DNA of 64,000 nt from Mycoplasmatota bacterium. Lineage in GTDB: Bacteria; Bacillota_I; Bacilli_A; MAG-NZ. The notes beneath the pieces were generated by a model. It was not told the origin of the DNA and made no database searches. It saw only the letters and a program-made list of their open reading frames with translations. Shown here one piece after another: positions 1 through 10,503 of the stretch (positions are counted from its first letter, which is position 1; each line of letters begins with the position of its first letter). The stretch lies in the NCBI GenBank assembly GCA_018394315.1, contig CP074575.1, positions 2,078,615 through 2,142,614 on the forward strand. The letters run 5' to 3'. A program made the position numbers and the translations under genes.

Positions 1-1241
1 GGCTTTCAGATAATCACATTGACTTTTCTAATACTTATGATTTACAAGGTAGAATAATTGAGATGACTGATCAATTAGTAGAACAGTCCAAGGACATAAA
101 TGTTTCCAGAGAAATACTTAATTTATCTTCAGGTAACATCACTAACTTAAAAGAAACGTCTTTCGGATTATCTTATATATCAAACATTGAGAATAAACCT
201 ACAAATCTTGTTTATACATCTAGATTAATACTAGATGGAAAGGAACATTTAGCGATTACAATATATCCTTTAAGTAATATATCACTAATTGCTAAAAAGC
301 TAACATCATTTAATATTTTAATGTACTTAATAGCATTCCTTATTCTTCTTGGTCTTTCAGTCCTTTACATTAAAAAAGTAAGCGTTCCTTTAATAAAGAT
401 TAATGAAACTACTAAAAGATTAGCAAAATTAGACTTTACGCAAATTGATGAGGTGAATTCTGAGGATGAAATTGGAGAGTTATCAAAAAGTATTAACCTG
501 TTGTCAGCAAATTTAAAAACCGCTCTTTCTGAACTTAATGATAAGAATGAACATTTATCTCTTTCAATTCAACAAGAAACAAAGCATGAACAATTAAGGC
601 AAGATTTTGTTGCAGGTCTTTCCCATGAACTTAAAACTCCACTAGCAGTTATTCAAGCTAGCAGTGAAGGGTTGTCACTAAAACTTTTTGATAAAAAACA
701 AACTGAAGAACAGTATAAACTAATTCAAAGTGAAATTAACAAAAGTAAAAAAATAATTCAAGATATGATGCAAGTCTATAAAATCGAACAGAGTAATTTT
801 AAAACTAACTGGAGAGAATTCAAACTAAAAGATGTAATCAAAAATGCTTCAGAAAGTTTAAACTTACTAGCTGAAGCAAAAGGTATAAAAACAATAATCA
901 ATCTTGACGATACAACTATTTTTGGTGATGAAAATAAATTTGAACTAGTAATTAGTAATCTGTTTTCAAATGCAATAAAATACACTAATGAATTCGAGGA
1001 AATCGTTATTAATTTAAAGAAAGGCTTCTTTGAAATAATAAATACAGGTATAACAATTCCAAAGGAAAGCATTAATGATATATTTGAACCTTTTTATAGA
1101 GTCGATAAAGGACGTTCTAGAAAAACTGGATCCACTGGATTAGGTTTATATATTGTAAAACAAATACTAGAACAACACGAACTTAATTATGGAGCTGAAA
1201 ATTTAGATAATGCAGTTAGGTTCTTTTTTAGAGTAAAATAA
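1..1241 (+). CDS. Sensor histidine kinase (HAMP-HisKA-HATPase), 5' end outside window
   Basis: TM helix followed by HAMP (DEIGELSKSIN), H-box SHELKTPL, N-box NLFSNAIKY, G-box STGLGL. The frame is open from position 3 to the ATG at 63. Confidence 0.92.
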   Translation, partial: LSDNHIDFSNTYDLQGRIIEMTDQLVEQSKDINVSREILNLSSGNITNLKETSFGLSYISNIENKPTNLVYTSRLILDGKEHLAITIYPLSNISLIAKKLTSFNILMYLIAFLILLGLSVLYIKKVSVPLIKINETTKRLAKLDFTQIDEVNSEDEIGELSKSINLLSANLKTALSELNDKNEHLSLSIQQETKHEQLRQDFVAGLSHELKTPLAVIQASSEGLSLKLFDKKQTEEQYKLIQSEINKSKKIIQDMMQVYKIEQSNFKTNWREFKLKDVIKNASESLNLLAEAKGIKTIINLDDTTIFGDENKFELVISNLFSNAIKYTNEFEEIVINLKKGFFEIINTGITIPKESINDIFEPFYRVDKGRSRKTGSTGLGLYIVKQILEQHELNYGAENLDNAVRFFFRVK

Positions 1242-1250
1242 AAAGATTAA

Positions 1251-1484
1251 TTATTTATTAATCTTTAAATTTTCTAGTAGAATTTTCATAACATGATCAT
1301 AACCACGTTCTGAATGAGGGATCAAACAATTACTACAATCCTTAATACCCTCATCAGTATAATTTCCCTTACAATCATAATGATACAAAGGACAATAACA
1401 AAATAAGCAATTAAAAAACTCATGATCCATATCATGACAAGGAAAATATTCACATTTATCATTCTTAAAATATCGATAACTCAT
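1251..1484 (-). CDS. Cysteine-rich small domain (zf-like) metal-binding protein
   Basis: CEYFPCH...NCLFCYCPLY...KDCSNCLIPH pattern; RBS-like GAGGA upstream. Confidence 0.8.
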   Translation of the reverse strand: MSYRYFKNDKCEYFPCHDMDHEFFNCLFCYCPLYHYDCKGNYTDEGIKDCSNCLIPHSERGYDHVMKILLENLKINK

Positions 1485-1586
1485 TCTAACAGATCCTCTC
1501 TTTTAAAGTTATTATACAGTTTTGCAACATTTTTTTCAACTTTACATAAATTTAATATCGTGATAACATTTGTTATAGGTGATAGT

Positions 1587-2240
1587 ATGAATAGAATATT
1601 TAAATGTAAATTATTTAAGAGCTTTACACTTCAAGAAATTAACCACTTTTTAAGAAAGTATAGAACAATTACAAGAAATTATCAAAAGAATGATATTGTA
1701 TTTTTCGAGTGTGAAGAGTGTGACAAAATAGGAATAGTAATTTCAGGTAGTATTGAGATTCAAAATGTCTCAGGTGATGGAAAAATGGCCAATTTCACTA
1801 CAATAGAGTCCGGAAATATCTTTGGAGAGGTATTACTTTATAGTGAAAAAAAATCATATCCAGCAACACTAATAGCTTCTGACGATACTACGGTTTTATA
1901 TATTGAAAAAGAAGTTTTACTAAAGGCTTTAGGAGAACATAAAAAACTTTTAGTAAATTTCTTAGAATTGCTGGCCAATAGAACATTAAATTTACACAAT
2001 AGAGTTAAAGTAATCACAAAGCATACTTTAAAGTCTAAAATAGCATCTTATATACTTTCAAATTCTAACAATGAAAATAGAGTGCCAATAGGGATGACTA
2101 AAGAAAAGTTAGCAGAGTATCTAAGTGTTCAAAGACCTTCATTATCAAGAGAGTTAATACAACTGAAAGATGAAGGGTTAATTGATTATGATCGTAAATA
2201 TTTCTATATTTTAGATAGAAATGCCTTAGAATCAGTATAA
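1587..2240 (+). CDS. Crp/Fnr-family transcriptional regulator
   Basis: cNMP-binding fold (GNIFGE...YPATLIA) and C-terminal HTH (LAEYLSVQRPSLSRELIQLKDEG). Start reassigned to ATG 1587 after an AGGTGA RBS. Confidence 0.88.
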   Translation: MNRIFKCKLFKSFTLQEINHFLRKYRTITRNYQKNDIVFFECEECDKIGIVISGSIEIQNVSGDGKMANFTTIESGNIFGEVLLYSEKKSYPATLIASDDTTVLYIEKEVLLKALGEHKKLLVNFLELLANRTLNLHNRVKVITKHTLKSKIASYILSNSNNENRVPIGMTKEKLAEYLSVQRPSLSRELIQLKDEGLIDYDRKYFYILDRNALESV

Positions 2241-2269
2241 ACGGGACTCTAAAAATAGAATCCCGTTTT
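2239..2269. terminator. Bidirectional intrinsic terminator
   Basis: AAACGGGAcTCTA-aaaa-TAGAaTCCCGTTTT hairpin between convergent genes. Confidence 0.75.
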
Positions 2270-2272
2270 ATT

Positions 2273-4594
2273 TTACTCTTGATACATTTTTAATGATTCT
2301 TGTAAACTAATTTTATCAATCTTTCGTTTAGCATCGATAGTACCAACGAAATACATTCCAATGACTATTAATAATCCTAGTAACGCAAAGAGTGGAGTTA
2401 ATTTAAACACCATCACTAGGCCAAACAATTTAACATATATTATTTCCATTAATTTTACAGAGAAATAAATAATAGGTAAAGAAACAATATAGGTTATTAC
2501 TGCGTAAATCAAATAACTATTAATAACTAAATCATTTACTTCTAACTTATCAAATCCCATAACTTTTAATAATGAAATTTGATAGAAATTATCTTCGATA
2601 GTTAGACTCATAATTAGATAAAGAATAATGAATCCTAGTGCTGCTGCTGTAATAATAAATCCAATGAATGATACATTCATGAACTTTTGCATGGATTCTG
2701 CTTGACTAAGAACATCTTCTTTAATCGATACTCCTAAAAAATTATCACTCTCTAAAATAGAATCACTATAAATTAAGTTAGCATAATCCTTTTCCAATCC
2801 TAAATATTCATTTAAAGTACTTCTATCAATATATACTGTACTCCCTGTAAATATATATGCAACATCTACTACTTCTACTGTAAATGATTTATTATTTACG
2901 TTTACTCTAATATCATCACCAACAGATACACCTTCCATTCTCTTCATGTACTCTGATATAACTACACCCTCATCTAATGAACTAGTAATTTCATCACCCT
3001 TAGAGTTATATAGCTTATGAAGAGTATTGTCTGGTTCTAATCCATATAGTGAGATTACTGAATCTTCATATGAAGCACTTGGCATGATTACAGCATACTC
3101 ACCATCAATATCAATTGGGCACCCGGTATACTCGCAATATCCTTCTGATACATATTCAACATTATTATAATAATCATAGATTAAAGCATCAAATATATCT
3201 AAAGACATAAAGCTAAATATCAACATATAGGAAGCTGAAACAATTCCTATAATAAACACAAAGAACTTCCCTGTACTTTGAAATACCATTGAGAACTTGA
3301 ATCTTTTCTTGATGTCAAATCTTTTTAAATACTTATTAACTCGAAGAATATATTTGTTAGTTTTTTGTTGTTTCGGTAACATCATTTCTAGTGGAGTGGC
3401 CCTTAATAAGAAATTAATCAATCCGTAAGATAATAGTAATATAAATGTGAATGGAACAATTATAGCTACTAATATTACCCCTACAGAATGTTTAATCGCT
3501 AAATCGGGAAGTAAGTAGAATTCTAAGAAAACCGATTTGGCTGGGCTTGCTAAGACGTAACCTAAGTAATATCCTAAAGTTAATAACGGTAAGGAGATGA
3601 TAGCTAGTAATAACACATATGGGACCGTAATCTCAGAATTTGTAAAACCTAACCCTTTTAAGAGTCCTATTTGATTTCTTTCTTTTTGAATTATCCTACT
3701 TACTACCATACCTATTACGAAAATAGAAATTGTTGCAATAAACAGACCTAGTACAATGGCCATCCCTTTTCCACCCTTCATCTCTAATTCAAAAGTACCA
3801 GATCTCAATTGTTTAATTGTAGGTGTAACTTGTGCAAAAAATTCTAAGTCACTATCTTCTAAAGATTTCCTTAATTCCTTAACATCCTTAGCATCAATAC
3901 CAGAAAAATAAAATCCATGACTTTCATTATATTGTAAATCATTAAAGTCCTGGTCACTTAATAATCCTAATGTAATCTTTGCGGTATCTATAATAAAAGA
4001 ACTGTCAAATAGTGGTAAAACATAGTCATAATAAAAGAACTGTCAAATAGTGGTGTAATCTTTTTCCAAAATGGTAACTGTATCCCCTATTTCGTATCCA
4101 TTTTTCTCTGCAAAGACTTTAATTAGAGCAATTTCTCCTTCTTTTGGATGCTCACCTTCTTCTATTAAACTTAGATTTACATAATTCATACTTTTCATTA
4201 ATCGGTACTTATTACCTTGATCAGTAACATTCTTATACTCCCTTAACTCTAAAGTCATAGGATATTCGTTTTCGAGAGCTTCCTCACGATTCTTCATAAC
4301 CCTTAAATAACAATCTCTATCAAGTTGATTCAAGGTAGCCAAATCAACTTGGGTTGATAAATTACACTCTTCTATTACGTACTGGAATTCATCTTCCATT
4401 AAAAACGGATAAATATCTATTGAAAACTCTTCTTGGACATTATCTATAAAATATTCTTCAGTTGGAACTTTAATTCCTTCAATAGAATAATTCATAGCAG
4501 TATAAAATAACGAACTAAGTAAAACTAATACTCCAATCGCTGCAAGTTGCAAAAAGCGCGATCTAAATGTTCTTGCTATACTCTTAAATAACAT
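2273..4594 (-). pseudogene. FtsX/MacB-type ABC permease (773 codons) interrupted by one in-frame TGA at 4043-4045
   Basis: ORFs 4043..4594 and 2273..3808 share a frame and the intervening region is open after the TGA. Two FtsX-like motifs (QIGLLKGLGF, QISLLKVMGF). Confidence 0.8.
3990..4054. repeat. 27-bp exact direct repeat (3990-4016 and 4028-4054)
   Basis: ATAATAAAAGAACTGTCAAATAGTGGT occurs twice, 38 bp apart. Confidence 0.95.
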
Positions 4595-4595
4595 T

Positions 4596-5294
4596 TTATG
4601 TCCAAGCTATTTCTTTCGCAGATTTCTTAGTTTCGTTAACTTTTATTTCTACTATTCTACCTGAGTTAAGTTTTACAATTCTATCAGACATCTCGCCTAT
4701 ATTGGGGTTATGAGAAATCACAATCATTGTCGTCTTATACTCTTTGTTTAACATCTCAAGAACTCCTAATACCTCTTTAGCAGTACTTTCATCTAAGGCG
4801 CCAGTTGGTTCATCACAGAACATTATCTTAGGATTCTTAATTACCGCTCTTGCGATTGATACACGTTGTTGCTCTCCACCACTTAACTGAGATGGAAACT
4901 TATCCTTTTGTTCCAAAATACCTATCTTAGCTAAAACGTCATCAAGTTCTAATGGGTTTTCACTAATCTTTGCGGCTAGTTCTATATTTTCTCCTACAGT
5001 TAAAGTTTGAAATAAGTTGTAGCTTTGGAATATAAAACTGAGATAATCCCTTCTAAACTTCGTTAATTCTTTACTTGAATAATTACTGATTGTCATACCG
5101 TCAACTTCAATTTTCCCGGATGTTGGGGTATCTAATCCACTTATAACATTAAGCATTGTAGACTTCCCGCTCCCAGATGGACCCAAGACGCATACAAACT
5201 CACCGTTCCTAACTTCTAAGTCAACACCTTTTAATGCCTCAGTTTTAATTTCGCCCATATCATAAACTTTAGAAACATCATTTAATCTGATCAT
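4596..5294 (-). CDS. ABC transporter ATP-binding protein (LolD/MacB type)
   Basis: Walker A GPSGSGKS, LSGGEQQR signature, DEPTGALD. ATG at 5294 after AGGAGG. Confidence 0.93.
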   Translation of the reverse strand: MIRLNDVSKVYDMGEIKTEALKGVDLEVRNGEFVCVLGPSGSGKSTMLNVISGLDTPTSGKIEVDGMTISNYSSKELTKFRRDYLSFIFQSYNLFQTLTVGENIELAAKISENPLELDDVLAKIGILEQKDKFPSQLSGGEQQRVSIARAVIKNPKIMFCDEPTGALDESTAKEVLGVLEMLNKEYKTTMIVISHNPNIGEMSDRIVKLNSGRIVEIKVNETKKSAKEIAWT

Positions 5295-5348
5295 ATTTAT
5301 CCTCCTACCCAATAATTTATGCTATTATATCATATTGATAGATATTAA

Positions 5349-5377
5349 TTGACAATTCTTGTGGTATAGGTTAATAT
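5349..5377 (+). promoter_or_regulatory. Putative sigma-A promoter of metK
   Basis: TTGACA-N17-TAATAT just upstream of the riboswitch. Confidence 0.55.
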
Positions 5378-5394
5378 GTAAATGCAAAAAAATA

Positions 5395-5530
5395 CTCATT
5401 AAGAGTTGCAGAGGAAGCTAGCCGAGGAAGCAACAGCAACCTATTAAATTAGGTGCTACTAGTAGGGGTAATATTACCTATCAATGAGAAAAGGACTACT
5501 TTTCTCAATTTGAAAAGTATTTTTATTTTA
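5395..5530 (+). ncRNA. SAM-I (S-box) riboswitch with downstream terminator
   Basis: P1 CTCATT/AATGAG (5395-5400 / 5483-5488), AAGAG, GCAACC...GGTGC core, P4 TAGG...CCTA, then TACTTTTC-N7-GAAAAGTA plus T-tract. Lies directly upstream of metK. Confidence 0.85.
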
Positions 5531-5544
5531 GGAGGAAAGTTAAA

Positions 5545-6708
5545 ATGGAAAAAAAATTATTTACGTCTGAATCAGTTACAGAGGGTCATCCGGATAAAGT
5601 ATGCGATCAAATAAGCGATGCTATACTTGATGCAATATTAACATTAGATCCAGAAGCAAGAGTAGCTTGCGAAACAACAGTAACAACAGGATTAGTACTT
5701 GTTACAGGAGAAATCACAACTACTTCATACGTACCTATTCAAGATATAGTTCGTAAAACACTTACAGAAATCGGTTATACTAGATCAAAATATGGATTTG
5801 ATGCAGAAAATGTATCAGTTTTGGTTTCACTAGATTCGCAAAGCCCTGATATCGCCCAAGGTGTTAATGAGAATGAAGGAGCTTATTCTCAACAAGGTGC
5901 AGGAGATCAAGGTCTTATGTTTGGATATGCATGTGATGAAACAGAGGAGTATATGCCCTTATCTTTAGTTTTATCACATAAACTAACTAAACAATTAGCT
6001 AAGATTAGAAAAGAAAAAACCCTAGATTATCTAAGACCAGACGGTAAGAGTCAAGTCACTATTGAATTTGATGAATCAGGAAAACCAAAACGAGTACATA
6101 CAATAGTAGTTTCAACTCAACATTCAGAAGCAGTAACATATAAACAAATTCAAGAGGACATAAATAAACATGTCATACTTCCTATAGTTCCAAATCATTT
6201 AATTGATAGTGATACAAAACTATACATTAATCCAACTGGTAAATTCGTAATTGGTGGACCTAAAGGTGATGCTGGTCTAACTGGGAGAAAAATTATAGTT
6301 GATACTTACGGAGGAGTAGCTAGACATGGTGGCGGAGCCTTCAGTGGAAAAGACCCATCAAAAGTTGATAGAAGTGCTGCTTATGCTGCTAGATACATCT
6401 CTAAAAATGTCGTAGCTGCCGGCTTAGCTAGTAAATGTGAAATCCAGTTATCATACGCTATTGGTGTTGCAGATCCTATTAGTATTGGTATAGATACATT
6501 CAATACTAATAAAGTTAGTGAAGAAGTTATTATAAAAGCAATAAGAGAAAATTTCGGATTAAAACCGAAAGAAATAATAGACTCACTTCAGTTAAAGAGA
6601 CCTATCTATAGACAAACCGCTGCATACGGACACTTTGGTAGAAATGATTTAGATCTACCTTGGGAAAAACTAGATAAAGTGAAAAAACTTAAGGAGTACT
6701 TATGTTAG
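5545..6708 (+). CDS. metK: S-adenosylmethionine synthetase
   Basis: [35 protein letters not shown] motifs. Confidence 0.98.
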   Translation: MEKKLFTSESVTEGHPDKVCDQISDAILDAILTLDPEARVACETTVTTGLVLVTGEITTTSYVPIQDIVRKTLTEIGYTRSKYGFDAENVSVLVSLDSQSPDIAQGVNENEGAYSQQGAGDQGLMFGYACDETEEYMPLSLVLSHKLTKQLAKIRKEKTLDYLRPDGKSQVTIEFDESGKPKRVHTIVVSTQHSEAVTYKQIQEDINKHVILPIVPNHLIDSDTKLYINPTGKFVIGGPKGDAGLTGRKIIVDTYGGVARHGGGAFSGKDPSKVDRSAAYAARYISKNVVAAGLASKCEIQLSYAIGVADPISIGIDTFNTNKVSEEVIIKAIRENFGLKPKEIIDSLQLKRPIYRQTAAYGHFGRNDLDLPWEKLDKVKKLKEYLC

Positions 6709-7016
6709 ATAGTATAAGTGTAAATGAGTTAAAGAGTGTTAATAAAAAATCGATCAATCTTATCGATGTTAGAGAGCCGAGTGAATTTGAAGCAGCTCAT
6801 ATTCCGAATTCAAAAAACATTCCTTTAAAAACATTATTAAAATCACCTGAAGAATTCATTAAAGGGAAAACTTATATAGTTTGTGCATCAGGATCCAGAA
6901 GTAAAAAAGTTTGCAAGAAGTTATCTAAAAAATATGATGTTGTGAATGTACTAGGCGGCACAGCCATGTATAGTAGACATTATTCACTTATAAGATATGT
7001 AAAAGCAGGAAAATAA
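6702..7016 (+). CDS. Rhodanese-like domain protein
   Basis: [13 protein letters not shown] and active-site loop CASGSRS. Confidence 0.88.
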   Translation: MLDSISVNELKSVNKKSINLIDVREPSEFEAAHIPNSKNIPLKTLLKSPEEFIKGKTYIVCASGSRSKKVCKKLSKKYDVVNVLGGTAMYSRHYSLIRYVKAGK

Positions 7017-7028
7017 ATCCTGCTTTTT
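7001..7028. terminator. Bidirectional intrinsic terminator
   Basis: AAAAGCAGGA-N7-TCCTGCTTTT between convergent genes. Confidence 0.7.
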
Positions 7029-8205
7029 ATATACTATAACCAGCCGTATAACCAGTAGATAAAGCTATTGTTAAATTATATCCACCAGTTTTTCCATCTA
7101 AATCAAGTACTTCGCCTACAAAATATAAATTATATACGGACTTTGACTCCATTGTCTTAGGATCTATATCAGTTAAAGATACTCCGCCACCTGTAACAAT
7201 TGCATTTTCATATCCTTTTAAAGAATTAATACTAATCTCAAAATTCTTAACCATTTCTAATAGTTTATTCATTCGATCTTTACTTATCTCAGAAATATTT
7301 TGAGTCGTATTAGTTTTATTTACGATGAATTCAACTAACCTTTTTGGAAGTAATTCCTTAAGCGCAAGAGAAACCGAACTCAATTCCTTTATTTTATCTA
7401 ATAATTCTTCTCTTTTAACATCCGGAAGCAAATCTATTTTTAGTATAACTGGCCCATTTTTAAGACCAAAATATACATTCTTAGAGATATTAAGAACAGT
7501 GGGACCACTTATTCCAAAGTGAGTAAAAATCATCGGACCTCTATAAGATGTCTTATATTTGATTGTTACATCTTTTAGTGAAATTCCTTGCAATGTCTTA
7601 TTCTTAATAAACTCATCATCCGATATCAAGGGAGTATTATTTGGATAAAGCTCAGTAACTACATGGTTATATTTCTTAGCTATTTGATAACCAGTTTCAG
7701 TTGATCCTAGCTGGGGATAAGTTAAACCTCCAGTAGCAACAACTACATACTTACTATTATAAGTAGTTTTATCAGTTGTGATATGAAAATCATATTTAAC
7801 TTTGTCCACCTGAATTACTTCTTCATGATGAACATCAACACCAAACTTTTGCAAATCTTTTATTAGTGCATTCAAAATATCCCTAGCTTGATTACTTATT
7901 GGAAATACTTTATTATCCTCTTCTTCTTTAAGTTCAACACCTAAATCTTCAAAATACTGAAAAATTTCATTTGGACCAAAATTGTTTAGAGTTTTATATG
8001 GAAAACGGTCGTTTACATAAAGCATAAAATTAGAAATGCTTTTAAGATTTGTAATATTACACCTTCCACCTCCAGAGACAAGTAACTTACGTCCTAGCTC
8101 TTTGTTTTTTTCAATCAACAGAACTTTTCTATTATTAAATTTTGCGGCAGTAATTGCGGCCATAATGCCACTTGGACCACCACCTATAACAATAACATCA
8201 TACAT
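7027..8205 (-). CDS. HI0933/BaiN-family NAD(P)/FAD-dependent oxidoreductase
   Basis: GGGPSG, GRKLLVSGGGRCNITN, FTHFGISGP, TGGYNL motifs. Confidence 0.92.
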   Translation of the reverse strand: MYDVIVIGGGPSGIMAAITAAKFNNRKVLLIEKNKELGRKLLVSGGGRCNITNLKSISNFMLYVNDRFPYKTLNNFGPNEIFQYFEDLGVELKEEEDNKVFPISNQARDILNALIKDLQKFGVDVHHEEVIQVDKVKYDFHITTDKTTYNSKYVVVATGGLTYPQLGSTETGYQIAKKYNHVVTELYPNNTPLISDDEFIKNKTLQGISLKDVTIKYKTSYRGPMIFTHFGISGPTVLNISKNVYFGLKNGPVILKIDLLPDVKREELLDKIKELSSVSLALKELLPKRLVEFIVNKTNTTQNISEISKDRMNKLLEMVKNFEISINSLKGYENAIVTGGGVSLTDIDPKTMESKSVYNLYFVGEVLDLDGKTGGYNLTIALSTGYTAGYSI

Positions 8206-8226
8206 TAAATCACTCCAAATTTAGAC

Positions 8227-8862
8227 TTACTTCTTCTCTTCCTTATATACCTTATAAGAATAGTAAAAAGTATAAATAATACTTATTGATATAAAAGCCG
8301 AACCTACTTTAGATAAAATGGGATAATTCAATACTCCTAATAAAATCATGATGATTCCATCAATTACGAATATATATCCACCTAATCTATGTGTCTTATT
8401 CCAAACGTATTCACTAGATAAAGTCCAAGGTGTTTTAATACCTATGAAAAACGATTGTCTAATTCTAGACATATAATTCCCAAGTATCATTAATAATACA
8501 CCGATAATAATTGGTATTACTCTACTGACATCAATACTACCATCAGCAGCTAAAATACTCAATAAATAAGTACATACAAAAACTAGTGTAATCGAGTATC
8601 TTATTATTTCATACTCCTTTTTAAATCTTTTATAATTTTTAGTCTTTGGATCTAATCTTTTAAACACAGGGAACAGCAAATATATTAATGGGGGTACACA
8701 GAATAAAATGAACAAATTCTCTTTACCGGCATATCTGTTGACATCGCCATGGATATTCCAGTGTATTGGAACTTGACTAGGTAAATCAGGATAAATAATT
8801 ACTGTATATACTAATGAAAAAATGATAGCTGACCATAAAGAATATTTAAAAAATCTATTCAT
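8227..8862 (-). CDS. sdpI: SdpI-family immunity membrane protein
   Basis: LPSQVPIHWN..G, GIKTPWTLSS..VWNKTHRLGG. Start at ATG 8862 after GGAGG. Confidence 0.88.
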   Translation of the reverse strand: MNRFFKYSLWSAIIFSLVYTVIIYPDLPSQVPIHWNIHGDVNRYAGKENLFILFCVPPLIYLLFPVFKRLDPKTKNYKRFKKEYEIIRYSITLVFVCTYLLSILAADGSIDVSRVIPIIIGVLLMILGNYMSRIRQSFFIGIKTPWTLSSEYVWNKTHRLGGYIFVIDGIIMILLGVLNYPILSKVGSAFISISIIYTFYYSYKVYKEEKK

Positions 8863-9124
8863 GTTTATTACCTCCTTTAACATCAAAAAACCACTTAACA
8901 ACATCTTGAAAGACAGTTACGTTAAGCATATAAATAATACTTTGACCTTTCCTTTCACTTTGAATTAAGCCACTTGACTTTAGTAATGATAAGTGATGTG
9001 AAATGGATGGTTTCGAAATATTAAATTTATCAGAAATATCACCAGCACTTAAATCTTTTTCTCGAAGTAATTCTATAATTTTTCTTCTTGTTGGATCACT
9101 CAGTGCTTTAAAGATACTATTCAT
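8855..9124 (-). CDS. sdpR: ArsR-family autorepressor SdpR-like
   Basis: FKALSDPTRRKI, ISKPSISHHL; overlaps the sdpI-like gene. Confidence 0.88.
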   Translation of the reverse strand: MNSIFKALSDPTRRKIIELLREKDLSAGDISDKFNISKPSISHHLSLLKSSGLIQSERKGQSIIYMLNVTVFQDVVKWFFDVKGGNKHE

Positions 9125-9142
9125 ATATACACCTCCATAACT

Positions 9143-9168
9143 ATTAGATATTTACCTAATTATCTAAT
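9143..9168. promoter_or_regulatory. Probable SdpR operator
   Basis: Perfect inverted repeat ATTAGATA-N10-TATCTAAT just upstream of the sdpR RBS. Confidence 0.6.
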
Positions 9169-9211
9169 GAATTATATAATCAATTGCCCATAAAGTCAAA
9201 TAGAAAGGACT

Positions 9212-9778
9212 CTATTTTTGAGCCCTCACGATAGATTTTCTTACTAGAATGTAATATATAATTCCAGGGAATAATATTAATCCAAGATATCTAAATACTG
9301 ATGTAATAAGTTGATTAACATCTTCTAATCTTTCATAAAAGTAAGAATTTATAGATACACTCACTGCTACAAATCCTGAAATCATCATTGAAAGTAAGAT
9401 TATGTCTAAAATCAATACTCCTATTTTACTGCTTCGTCTTTCGTATTTATTGGTTAAGTATAAAAAGATTCCCGGGAATAGAATGAAAGCAATTGAATCT
9501 ATAATGGTATTTACTGCTTCACTTTTTGATGACTGATACCTCTCATCTTTATACTCATCATATCTTTCGATGCACTCACTTTCTGTTAGTTCTTCTCCAT
9601 CTTTCTGATCATATCCTATACCGCAGCTCCACCCCTTAAAATCATCATATGATTCCCTATAAACAGGACCACTTATAAGAGTAATAACATTGAAATAAAT
9701 TACAATCAAACTTACTAACATTGTTACAATCAAAGCAATATTAAATAATTGTTGCCATATTGTTTTATTAGTAAACAT
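9212..9778 (-). CDS. Hypothetical 4-TM membrane protein
   Basis: Four hydrophobic helices, extracellular loop with two Cys, internal repeat (ILFPGI twice); AGGAGG RBS. Confidence 0.75.
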   Translation of the reverse strand: MFTNKTIWQQLFNIALIVTMLVSLIVIYFNVITLISGPVYRESYDDFKGWSCGIGYDQKDGEELTESECIERYDEYKDERYQSSKSEAVNTIIDSIAFILFPGIFLYLTNKYERRSSKIGVLILDIILLSMMISGFVAVSVSINSYFYERLEDVNQLITSVFRYLGLILFPGIIYYILVRKSIVRAQK

Positions 9779-9855
9779 ATTTACCTCCTTAGATTTACTG
9801 CATTATAACATAAATAATTAATAGATATCTACTAATAATATTTATAGGAGGTCAT

Positions 9856-10491
9856 ATGAAAAAGATACTATATATAACTGCAAACACTAAACCTGAGAAA
9901 TTGTCAACTTCTAAAACAGTTAGTCGAATATTTATAGATAAGATCAAAGATATGGGTATATTAACAGAGCTTGATTTATATGATATGTATATTCCCGAAA
10001 TCAACTACAAGTATTTTCAGTCAAGGGCAACTCTGGTTAAAGGTAATGAATACTTAAATTTAACTGAAGATGAACAAAAAGATGTCGCTGTTATTGATTT
10101 ACTCGCTGACCAGTTTATCACTCATGATACATATGTAATTGCTGCTCCAATGTGGGGATTATCATTTCCATCAAAGCTTAAACAATATTTCGATTGTGTT
10201 TTAATAAATGGAAAGACACTTTCCATTACTGATGAATCAGTTGAAGGACTATTAACTGATGAAGAACGTCATGCTGTTTATATTCAGTCAAGTGGTGGCG
10301 ATTATCCTCAAATTATGTCTAGACAAGTCAACCATGGGCTAACATATTTAAAAGACATACTAAAATTTTTAGGTGTTAAAGGATTTCATCCAATACTAAT
10401 CGAAGGAACAGAAATGAAAGGTATCGGAAAAGAAAAAGCAATGGAAAAAGCAATATCACAAATGGATAAGATCATTAAAAAGATAACTTGA
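9856..10491 (+). CDS. azoR: FMN-dependent NADH-azoreductase (AcpD/AzoR family)
   Basis: IAAPMWGLSFPSKLKQYFD and IQSSGG flavodoxin-2 motifs. Confidence 0.85.
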   Translation: MKKILYITANTKPEKLSTSKTVSRIFIDKIKDMGILTELDLYDMYIPEINYKYFQSRATLVKGNEYLNLTEDEQKDVAVIDLLADQFITHDTYVIAAPMWGLSFPSKLKQYFDCVLINGKTLSITDESVEGLLTDEERHAVYIQSSGGDYPQIMSRQVNHGLTYLKDILKFLGVKGFHPILIEGTEMKGIGKEKAMEKAISQMDKIIKKIT

Positions 10492-10503
10492 AGAGTTATC
10501 TTT

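Noticed and set aside
1422..1586. N-terminal extension of the Crp/Fnr ORF
   Set aside because: Overlaps the divergent Cys-rich gene and lacks an RBS; ATG 1587 has one.
4043..4045. In-frame TGA as Trp (genetic code 4) or selenocysteine
   Set aside because: Other genes terminate at TGA (e.g. 10489-10491), no other long gene contains an internal TGA, and this TGA lies inside a 27-bp copied segment.
3990..4054. 27-bp direct repeat as a mini-CRISPR
   Set aside because: Only two copies with an 11-bp gap, inside a coding region, and no cas genes.
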